The notes under the pieces: generated by a model | What the model saw: only the letters and a program-made list of their open reading frames with translations | Told to the model about the DNA's origin: nothing | The model's database searches: none | Assembly (NCBI GenBank): GCA_025928215.1 | Contig: JAICJW010000003.1 | Coordinates: 1 to 32,354, forward strand | DNA: 32,354 bases | From: Chloroflexia bacterium | Lineage (GTDB): Bacteria > Chloroflexota > Chloroflexia > Thermomicrobiales > JALYUS01 | Direction of reading: 5' to 3' | Translations under genes and position numbers: made by a program | Shown here: positions 9,256 to 16,620 of the stretch, piece by piece | Position numbering within the stretch: the first letter of the stretch is position 1 | Layout of the letters: every line of letters starts with the position of its first letter

Positions 9256-9303
9256 TTAGCGATCCATGAGCGAATCTTCCTCGCGCGATGGAGACGATCC
9301 CTG

Positions 9304-9312
9304 TGGTATAAT
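9304..9312 (+). promoter_or_regulatory. Extended -10 promoter element upstream of resB
   Basis: TGGTATAAT matches TGnTATAAT exactly, about 80 nt before the resB ATG. Confidence 0.6.
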
Positions 9313-9392
9313 TCCGCCTGGTTGGAGTGGTGTGCGGGCGGCTCACGGACGCCACTTCCGTGACCGTGGATGCAAACAACGGAGTTTGCCCC

Positions 9393-10907
9393 ATGTCTCC
9401 CTCACCGACGACCGACACCCCGACAACGACTGCGCGGCGCACCCTGACGGCGGCCCTCGATGCTGTCTGGTGGTTTTTCACCTCCGTTCGTGTCGCCCTC
9501 TGGTTGATCGGCACGACGATTGCCTGGGTATTGATGGCCACACTGGCGCAATCAACCTTCCCGGCATCGGTCGCACGGGCTATCCCCGTCACCGCTGGTC
9601 TGATGCAACGCTGGGCACGCTGGGCGGTCTGGGAATCTCCCCTCTTCCTGCTCACGCTCGGCCTGCTCGCCGTGAGTATCATCCTTGGCGGGATGGTGAA
9701 CCGCTGGCCCGGCATCGCGCAGCGCATCTGGCGGCCCGGCCTCCGCACCTCCACGGGCTTCTTCAGCGCCGTCAAGACCTCCAGGGAACTCGATCTGCCA
9801 ACGCCGGAGGCGGGCGTGAACGCGTTCACGGCGGTGTTGGGCGCGCATCGCTATCGCACGCTCGCCTGGCGCGATGAGAAGAGCGGTGCGACCCATCTCT
9901 ATGGCGACAAGAACCGCTATAGCCTCCTGGCGACCTTTCCGTTTCATACCGGCCTCGTGCTCTTGATGTTCGGCGCGTTGATCGCCGCGATGCTCGGCTG
10001 GCGCGAAATTGGCTTCCTCGTGCCGGACGGCTCTATCCGCCCCGTCGGGCATGGCACCGGCTTGAGCATTCGGAACAATGGCTTCATAGATGCCTATTAC
10101 ACCGATGGGCGCGCGCGGGATTACTACTCGGATATCACGATCTATCAAAACAACCAGGTCGTGAAGACGGGCCGTCTGCGCGTGAACAGCCCGATCAGTT
10201 ACGGCGGGGTGTCGCTGCATCAGGCGACGTACGGGCAGGCGGCGAAGTTCGTCATTACCGACACGGCGACGGGCGCGGTTCGCTGGGACGACAGTATTCC
10301 GATCTATGTCTCCGATGATCGAACGTTCGCGCGGCAGTTCACGGACGCGCTGGGGGAATTCGAGCCAACCGGCGTGCAACGGCTGGACGATCTCGGCCTC
10401 ACCGTGCGTCTGGTCGCCTCCGCCGGGTCGCAGGATGAGAAGATTGGCGTCGGACAGATGGCGATTGCCATCTTCGACAACCGGGCGGTAAAAGCGGGGT
10501 CTGCGCCGATTGGCACGGGCAAACTCGATCCGGGTGGCTCGCTCACGCTTGGCGGCCTGACCTTCACCTTTCAGCGCGAGGTGCGCTTCACGGGTTTGCA
10601 GATCACCCACAATCCGGGGCTGCCGATCATCATTGCGGCGGCAGCGATAATCTTTTTCAGTATTATGGTGACGTTCTACCTGCCGCACCGCCGCGTACGC
10701 GCGCTGGTCGTGCCGCAACCGGATGGCGCCGCCCGGATGCTCGTTGGCGCGCAGGTGAAACTGGATATTTTCGGTGCGAAGGAGTTTGAGCGGCTCGCGG
10801 GGGAGATCGGCGAGCGCGTCGAGAGCGCGGCGCGCGACGGCACCGGCCCACCGACGCCGGATCGTATGCGACCGGAGCCGGAGCCTGCGGCGCTCGTCAG
10901 TGATTAA
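9393..10907 (+). CDS. resB: Cytochrome c biogenesis protein ResB (System II)
   Basis: RBS GGAG, ATG 9393. WWFFTSVRVALWL, conserved TM3 His (FHTGLVLL), YYSDITI, VNSPISYGGVSLHQATYG, TGLQITHNPGLP, final TM then HRRV. Confidence 0.9.
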   Translation: MSPSPTTDTPTTTARRTLTAALDAVWWFFTSVRVALWLIGTTIAWVLMATLAQSTFPASVARAIPVTAGLMQRWARWAVWESPLFLLTLGLLAVSIILGGMVNRWPGIAQRIWRPGLRTSTGFFSAVKTSRELDLPTPEAGVNAFTAVLGAHRYRTLAWRDEKSGATHLYGDKNRYSLLATFPFHTGLVLLMFGALIAAMLGWREIGFLVPDGSIRPVGHGTGLSIRNNGFIDAYYTDGRARDYYSDITIYQNNQVVKTGRLRVNSPISYGGVSLHQATYGQAAKFVITDTATGAVRWDDSIPIYVSDDRTFARQFTDALGEFEPTGVQRLDDLGLTVRLVASAGSQDEKIGVGQMAIAIFDNRAVKAGSAPIGTGKLDPGGSLTLGGLTFTFQREVRFTGLQITHNPGLPIIIAAAAIIFFSIMVTFYLPHRRVRALVVPQPDGAARMLVGAQVKLDIFGAKEFERLAGEIGERVESAARDGTGPPTPDRMRPEPEPAALVSD

Positions 10908-10941
10908 TCCGCGCGTTCAGCGGATGAAGGGGTAGTGCAAT

Positions 10942-11865
10942 ATGCTGGGAGCATTGAAGTTTTCATCCTACTGTCTGTACGGCGCGCTCGTCTGCGCTGT
11001 CGCGTCCACGATCCTCTACGCCGTCTATGGGGTCGGGCTTTTTCGTCTCCGTGCGGCGCGGATGCAGACAACGACGGGTGATACGATCACCACCGGCGTG
11101 ACCGCGCATCGCACGACGGAAGGGCCGACGATGGCCGGCTACCTCGCCACCTACATGCAGCGATCCGCCTTGCTCTTCATGATCGGCGCGCTCGTCTTCC
11201 GCACCCTCGTCTCGAAGCGTGGCCCGTACGGCAACATGTATGAGTTCGCGCTCGCCTTCGCGACGACGATCTGCCTCGCCTACTACATCATGTCGCGCCT
11301 CTATCCGGTCAAGGCGCTCGGCGCGATGGCGATGGCGGCGGCGTCCGCGATCATGCTCTACGGCATCTCCCGCCCCGCCTCCGAGAAGAATGTTGCGGGT
11401 CTCATCCCCGCCTTGCAGAGCAAATGGATCGCCATTCACGTGCCGATGGCGATGCTCGCTTACGGCTTCTTCACGATCGGCTTCGCGGCGGGCGTGATGT
11501 ACCTGTTGCAGGAGCGATTGAAGACGGACAAACTGCCGTCGCTCGACGTGCTCGATGAGGTGGGCTACCGGGCGACGGTCGTTGGCTTCCCGCTGATGTT
11601 CCTCACGCTCGTGCTCGGCGGCATCTGGGCATCGGAGGCATGGGGCGGCTTCTGGACGTGGGACCCGAAGGAGACCTCGGCGCTGGTGACGTGGCTGATC
11701 TATGGCTTCTACATGCATGCGCGCGTCGTCCGGGGCACGAAGGGGCGCGGCACGGCGATCATCCTGATCGTCGGTTTCGTGGCGACGATCTTCACCTATT
11801 TCGGCAACTACTGGTTCACCGGATTGCACGGTTTCATCGGGCCGGGTGGCCTCGGGGGTAGTTGA
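10942..11865 (+). CDS. ccsB: System II cytochrome c synthase subunit (CcsB/CcsA/ResC, WWD domain)
   Basis: PYGNMYEF, LIPALQSKWIAIHV, WGGFWTWDPKET, YMHAR and GLH heme-ligand histidines. Confidence 0.95.
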   Translation: MLGALKFSSYCLYGALVCAVASTILYAVYGVGLFRLRAARMQTTTGDTITTGVTAHRTTEGPTMAGYLATYMQRSALLFMIGALVFRTLVSKRGPYGNMYEFALAFATTICLAYYIMSRLYPVKALGAMAMAAASAIMLYGISRPASEKNVAGLIPALQSKWIAIHVPMAMLAYGFFTIGFAAGVMYLLQERLKTDKLPSLDVLDEVGYRATVVGFPLMFLTLVLGGIWASEAWGGFWTWDPKETSALVTWLIYGFYMHARVVRGTKGRGTAIILIVGFVATIFTYFGNYWFTGLHGFIGPGGLGGS

Positions 11866-11869
11866 ATCA

Positions 11870-12472
11870 ATGGCGGATTCGACGCACGACGCCATCACGC
11901 CGGAGACGGCGCCACCGCTGCGAACGCTGCCGCGCGGCGTGCAGGTCGGTGTCGGCCTGCTCCTCGCCGCCGCGATGATCCTCGGCGTCGCGCTCTTTAA
12001 TCGGGAGAACGGCGGCGCGGGCCTCACGGATCCGGGTCGCACCGTTCCGCGCGTGGGCGACCGGCTGGCCGCCCTGCCCCTGACGACGATGGACGGCGCG
12101 CCGTTTGATATGGCGACGTTGAACGGTCATCCGGTCTGGGTCAATTTCTGGGCTTCGTGGTGCGGGCCATGTAAGGCGGAGATGCCTGACCTGCAAACCG
12201 TCTACGCGCAGGAGCGCGCCGCGCATCCCGATCTCATCCTGCTCCTCGTCAATACCGCCGATGTGCGGCAGGACGGGGTGAAGTATTATCAGGACTTGCG
12301 GATGACCGGCACGCTCGTCTTCAACGACGGCTCGCGCGATGTCGGGCCGTACCGGATCACGAACTTCCCGACGCATCTGATGATTGACCGCAATGGCGTC
12401 GTCCAGCGTGTCTTGCAGCAATCGCTCGACCCGGATACCGCGCGCCAGGAATTGCAACATATCGTCGGCTAG
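11870..12472 (+). CDS. resA: Membrane-anchored TlpA/ResA-family thiol-disulfide oxidoreductase
   Basis: N-terminal TM, VNFWASWCGPCKAEMP, cis-Pro motif FPTH. Directly follows ccsB. Confidence 0.85.
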   Translation: MADSTHDAITPETAPPLRTLPRGVQVGVGLLLAAAMILGVALFNRENGGAGLTDPGRTVPRVGDRLAALPLTTMDGAPFDMATLNGHPVWVNFWASWCGPCKAEMPDLQTVYAQERAAHPDLILLLVNTADVRQDGVKYYQDLRMTGTLVFNDGSRDVGPYRITNFPTHLMIDRNGVVQRVLQQSLDPDTARQELQHIVG

Positions 12473-12481
12473 CGCGGCGAA

Positions 12482-12510
12482 TTGCACGCCCCCGCGCCGC
12501 ATGGTACGAT
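12482..12510 (+). promoter_or_regulatory. Sigma70-type promoter of tRNA-Lys
   Basis: TTGCAC-17 nt-TACGAT with a TG extension, ending 17 nt before the tRNA. Confidence 0.7.
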
Positions 12511-12527
12511 TTCGGCTGATGGGCAGT

Positions 12528-12602
12528 GGGCCTGTAGCTCAGCGGTAGAGCAGTGGACTTTTAATCCATTGGTCGTGGGTTCGAATCCCACCGGGCTCAC
12601 CA
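12528..12602 (+). tRNA. tRNA-Lys (anticodon TTT)
   Basis: GGGCCTG/CGGGCTC acceptor stem, D arm GCTC/GAGC, anticodon arm GTGGA-CTTTTAA-TCCAT, T arm GTGGG-TTCGAAT-CCCAC, encoded CCA. Confidence 0.98.
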
Positions 12603-12659
12603 TGTTTTTCATGGTATATCAGCGAAATGACGAGTAGCGGGGTTCGAAGTTGGCTTCCC

Positions 12660-12971
12660 GCCATGCCCGTTGCAAGCAATATGAGCCACAGCGGGGCGTA
12701 GGGCGCGCCCTGAGCCATTGTGAGGAACGTTCGTGCTTCGGTTGCGTTCCACCACCCGTATTTGCGGGCGTATGCCCTTCGGCGGCTTAACGGCATCTGC
12801 CACGTTGCGATTGACAAGGCCTTGCTCGAAAGCGTGTTGCAGGGATTCGCGCATGATGCTGTGCAGGTACTTCACCGTGCGCGGCGACAACCCTCCCTCC
12901 TTGCCGTCCATTCGCCCGTCGCGCAGCTTTTCGCTGTAGAAATCGCGTAGTTGCGTAGGTGTCAGCCGCAT
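12660..12971 (-). pseudogene. Tyrosine integrase internal fragment, frameshifted and truncated
   Basis: Core-binding domain LTPTQLRDFY..GLSPRTVKYLHSIMRESLQHAFEQGLVNRNVADAVKPP. After a 1-nt shift near 12752 it continues WNATEARTFL..PLWLILLATGM and breaks off at the first catalytic Arg position. Confidence 0.88.
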
Positions 12972-13077
12972 GCTCGCCGCGCACAGCGATAGATGATGCG
13001 CATCCAGGGCGTCGCGGACCCTCCATGTGCTAAGATGGCCGCGTCGGAATCAGGTACAACAAAAAGGGGGGCGGACC

Positions 13078-14322
13078 ATGGCACCACGAGCGGCCGGGCA
13101 TGCCGACGTGCAGGACGTGACAGCGGGCAGGGCATTGAAGCGGCGGGGCATCCTCGCGGCAGCGGGAGCGGTCGTGGCAGGGTTCGTCGCCAAGCAGACG
13201 AGCCAACCCGTGGAGGCCGGCATCGACGGTGATGTCGTCGCCGCCGGATTGACCGTTGTGGCCGCCGCCACCGGCCTCCGCAACAACTTGGGTGGCAACT
13301 TTGTCACGCCCACGCTGACATGCATGCGAGGGCCGGACAACCAATTCCCCCCGCCGGGAAACTATGTAGCCAATGTTGCGTTGGTCGCGGACAGCAAGAG
13401 CAGCTCCGACGCAATCGGCGTTTGGGCGCTCGGGGATACGGCTATCCTCGCAGATGGCGGGGGGGCTGGTGTGCAAGCATACGCCGGCGCAGCTACCAGC
13501 ATCGCGGTGATGGGGCAGGCCGACCCGGCGGGCGCCATCGGCGCCATCGGCAAGAGCAGCGCCGGCGTCGGCATCAAGGGGGTCTCCGACACCGGCTTCC
13601 CGATCATCGGGCAGGCGGTCGCCCTCTGGAGCACCAACCCCGGCACTCTCGGTGTCGGCACGGCGGGGCCGGGGGTGCAAGGACAGTCGGCGGCGGGGCA
13701 TGGCTTGATTGGCTACACCAGTGCCAGCGACGGCCATGCCGCTCTCATCGGCTACGCACAGGCAGCGGGAGGGGTCGGGCTGATCGGGGTGGCACCCGGC
13801 AGCGCCGGACACTGGGCGGGGGTCTTCTACGGTGATGTCCATATCAATGGTACGACGAGCGCGCCCGTGCATACCACCGTGGTCAAGCATGCGGGAGACA
13901 ACACCTCCCGCGCCCTCTACAGCACGATATCACCCGAATCGTGGGTGGAGGACTTCGGCAACGGGACGCTGGCCGGGGGCAAAGCCAACATCGCCCTCGA
14001 TGCGGACTTCGCGGCGTTGGTGGACACGCGCACCATGCACCTCTTCATGACGGCACATGGGCCGCACTACCTGCACGTCGAGCAGCAGACGGTGGCGGGA
14101 TTCACGGTAGTCGCGACGGCAATCGGGAGCGGACAGGCAGGCGGACCGAAGCCAGCGGAGGGAGGGGGGACGTTCTCATGGCGGGTGGTAGCGAAGCGGA
14201 AGGACATTGTGGGGGAACGGCTGGCTAAGGTGCCGCCGCCGCTGCCGCTGAAGTCGATGACGCCGATCACGGTGCCGGAGACGCCCGCAGTCAAGCCACC
14301 ACCAAGAAGACCTAGCGAATGA
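13078..14322 (+). CDS. Putative Tat-exported glycine-rich beta-repeat protein with a tail-fibre-like C-terminal domain
   Basis: RBS AAGGGGG, ATG 13078. LKRRGIL, hydrophobic stretch, VEA. About ten 9-13 aa G/A-hydrophobic-x-G repeats. C-domain SPESWVEDFGxGxL..FSWRVVAKRKD. Pro-rich tail. Confidence 0.75.
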   Translation: MAPRAAGHADVQDVTAGRALKRRGILAAAGAVVAGFVAKQTSQPVEAGIDGDVVAAGLTVVAAATGLRNNLGGNFVTPTLTCMRGPDNQFPPPGNYVANVALVADSKSSSDAIGVWALGDTAILADGGGAGVQAYAGAATSIAVMGQADPAGAIGAIGKSSAGVGIKGVSDTGFPIIGQAVALWSTNPGTLGVGTAGPGVQGQSAAGHGLIGYTSASDGHAALIGYAQAAGGVGLIGVAPGSAGHWAGVFYGDVHINGTTSAPVHTTVVKHAGDNTSRALYSTISPESWVEDFGNGTLAGGKANIALDADFAALVDTRTMHLFMTAHGPHYLHVEQQTVAGFTVVATAIGSGQAGGPKPAEGGGTFSWRVVAKRKDIVGERLAKVPPPLPLKSMTPITVPETPAVKPPPRRPSE

Positions 14323-14380
14323 GACAGCATGAGGCGTGACTACTGCCGACGCGGGCAAACATCGTTCCGCCATCGGGAGA

Positions 14381-14526
14381 TTGCGCGTCGCGTGCTATCT
14401 ATCCGTCTATCCGTCGAATGGCCCCATCTTCGTCTTGGAGTTGACCCGATTCCGTACCGGGGTAACTCCAATCGTAGTGCGCGTAACAACGGTAGACACG
14501 ATACGGTTAGCGAGCGGCTTATGCAA
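14381..14526 (+). ncRNA. Candidate structured RNA (rod-like hairpin), unassigned
   Basis: Eight nested helices found by eye (about 41 bp). G-U wobbles favour the plus strand. Confidence 0.4.
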
Positions 14527-15216
14527 CTACCCGCCGTAGCCGAACGAGTCGGTAGCGCCAAAGTCTATCGTCGCGATTACCTGCCCGAACTCACCGTCGA
14601 GCACGCCCTCTCTGTCGGGCGAGCACCGATAAATGATAACGGCCTCATCACCGCCAACTTGCCCGACCCACGTCGTGCCAGAGATTTGCAGTCCGTTATC
14701 CCGTTGGTAGTAGTGAAACTGACCAATATTCCCCTGATACGCGCCAACCTGTTGCTGTTGAGGTGCGCTCGTCACGACAAGAGACGTAATGTTGTCCCCC
14801 TTCCCGAACGTGTTCATTTCAGATTGCCAGGTTGACGCGTAGTCCCCACCTCTCGCACCTGGAAATCGGTAGATGTCGAGGGCTTCGAAATCAAACACGT
14901 TCGACGGTGAGGAGAGCGCGAAGCGATTCGGACTGTTGTGCTCCGGATCTTCGACGAGAGAGGGTGGGGCGAAAAAGCGAACATGGATGAGCGGATAGAA
15001 GGCAACCCATGAGCCGTATGCGGGCTGGATATCCGATCCGTAGCCAGCAGAGACACCGGAAGCCACCGCTGCAACGTTTATTGTTGGCAGTCGCGCCGTC
15101 GTCGAGATCGGCACGCTCCGCGTTGCGCCAACCACCACTGTGAGTGTGGCCACACCATTCGGCGTCGGGATCGGTGCGGGGGGAACTGCTGGATTCTGAG
15201 TAGGCAGTACACCCAT
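14527..15216 (-). CDS. Hypothetical protein, Pro/Thr-rich N-terminus; possibly 5'-truncated
   Basis: 229-aa ORF with a low-complexity linker and a globular-looking C-half. No signal peptide, and the AGGAGG motif is unusually far from the ATG. Confidence 0.5.
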   Translation of the reverse strand: MGVLPTQNPAVPPAPIPTPNGVATLTVVVGATRSVPISTTARLPTINVAAVASGVSAGYGSDIQPAYGSWVAFYPLIHVRFFAPPSLVEDPEHNSPNRFALSSPSNVFDFEALDIYRFPGARGGDYASTWQSEMNTFGKGDNITSLVVTSAPQQQQVGAYQGNIGQFHYYQRDNGLQISGTTWVGQVGGDEAVIIYRCSPDREGVLDGEFGQVIATIDFGATDSFGYGG

Positions 15217-15278
15217 AGCCGCCGACTCTTACCCTCCTACGCCTACGCGCCCTGCGCCTCGAATTTTGCCACGTACAA

Positions 15279-15319
15279 TTAATCCATTGACGTGAGTTCG
15301 AATCTCACCGGGATCACCA
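15279..15319 (+). repeat. att site: direct repeat of the tRNA-Lys 3' half
   Basis: TTAATCCATTGA-CGTGAGTTCGAATCTCACCGGGATCACCA versus 12561-12602; 37 of 42 positions identical. Confidence 0.92.
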
Positions 15320-15405
15320 AGTAGAGAAACAGAAACCCTCTGCCGTTCGGTGGCGCGTTCCTTTATTCTCTCACATTCATTCCAAGCGATACTCATGGTA
15401 CACGT

Positions 15406-16536
15406 TCACTGATAGATGACGACGAGGGGGCTGGGATCGAGGGCGACGATGTCGGCGGGAGTCATCAGCGGCTTGTCCTGTTTATAGAAGAGTTTGATGC
15501 CGCCATACTGGATCAGTTCGTCGTGGACGAACTTCGTGTAGTTGCCGCTTTTCGCGCCGGGCGCACCGAACCCGTCCATCACCGTCACCAACTGGACATG
15601 CGGAGTCGGTTTGATATTCGCTTTGTCCGGCAGCATATCATCGCGGAACTGGTGAATCACCAGCACCTTATCAGTGATGCCATTGTGCGTCACGATGTCC
15701 GCAAGCATCGTCGCGGCAGTCTTTACTTCCGCGGCGCTGACGCTACCGAAGACCTCGCCCGGCACTTCGCCGTGTTGGACGTGGAATTCGGGGTCAATGG
15801 CGAGATGCACATAGGGGCGTTTGAGGACCGGCGCGAGCCGTGTCACCTCGTTCGCCATGGTGTCATATCCCAGTTGAATATCGAGAAGCAGCAAGCAGTC
15901 GTTCTGCGCCGCGATGTCCGCGTATTCCTCGATCAGGGGGAGGCGCGTCCGGTTGAGGTAGAGGCCATCGTCACCGGGCGTATCGGAGGCGACGGAGGCG
16001 ATCAATTCAATCGTCGGGATCGCCGGTCGGGAAGGGTCGGCGGTGTGATAGGCGGCGGCTTGCGCCTTGAGTTTGGCGATCATCGCCGCCGGTGTGGCGA
16101 ATTCACCGAGGATGCCGAGCCGGTTGTTGTCGGGATGGCCATAGCATGTGACGAGGCGACTGGTGAGGAGCGGGCCGTTCGGCACGACTGGCGCGGGCGT
16201 CGGCGTTGGCGGGGTCGGCGTTGGTGTCGGTTCGCTCGCCCGCAGGCCGACGGCGCGCGCCGCAACGAGCGGGATGACCGGCGGAGCAATCGTCGGTACC
16301 GCCGTTGGCTCGCGCGTCGCCTCCATCGTCGGCGCGATGAACTCCGTACCCGCGAACGCGGAACCGGGCGACGTGGCGCGCGGACGCTCGTGATTGTCTG
16401 GCACGCTCTCGCCGAAGCGAGGCAGCGCGATCGCACCAACGAGAATCAAGACAAGCACGGCGATCATCCGGACACGCCGCGCCGCAAGACCTTTCACCCT
16501 ACTGCACACTCCCTTCATGCGCACCGCCACGGGCAT
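15406..16536 (-). CDS. Conserved hypothetical membrane-anchored/secreted protein
   Basis: N-terminal hydrophobic segment, PT-rich linker, then a domain with YGHP..LGILGE, LLLDIQLG, HLAIDPEF, VIHQF, MDGFG, GIKLFY. Start uncertain. Confidence 0.78.
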   Translation of the reverse strand: MPVAVRMKGVCSRVKGLAARRVRMIAVLVLILVGAIALPRFGESVPDNHERPRATSPGSAFAGTEFIAPTMEATREPTAVPTIAPPVIPLVAARAVGLRASEPTPTPTPPTPTPAPVVPNGPLLTSRLVTCYGHPDNNRLGILGEFATPAAMIAKLKAQAAAYHTADPSRPAIPTIELIASVASDTPGDDGLYLNRTRLPLIEEYADIAAQNDCLLLLDIQLGYDTMANEVTRLAPVLKRPYVHLAIDPEFHVQHGEVPGEVFGSVSAAEVKTAATMLADIVTHNGITDKVLVIHQFRDDMLPDKANIKPTPHVQLVTVMDGFGAPGAKSGNYTKFVHDELIQYGGIKLFYKQDKPLMTPADIVALDPSPLVVIYQ

Positions 16537-16620
16537 GCCCGCGTAACCGAACCCCGGCGTCCCTATTGCAAGGGGTTCGCCACGAGAGATGCGAGCCTGT
16601 TGGCCCGATGAGAAGAACGA

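Larger units (their letters stand above)
12603..15319. mobile_element. Decayed integrative element / genomic islet inserted in tRNA-Lys
   Basis: Bounded by the tRNA and a direct repeat of its 3' half (15279-15319). Contains an integrase remnant next to the tRNA. Confidence 0.85.

Noticed and set aside
12638-12661. GGTTCGAA resembling a second tRNA T-loop
   Set aside because: No T-stem or cloverleaf can be built around it.
12539-12817. 92-aa minus-strand ORF overlapping the tRNA
   Set aside because: Only its middle is the shifted integrase frame; the rest is antisense tRNA.
14381-14526. Assignment of the rod hairpin as 6S RNA, SRP RNA or retron msd
   Set aside because: No recognisable 6S or SRP conserved motifs and no reverse transcriptase in the window; kept only as an unassigned structure.
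16548-16579. CGAACCCC/GGGGTTCG inverted repeat
   Set aside because: 8-bp stem with a 16-nt loop and no U-tract; plausible by chance at this GC content.
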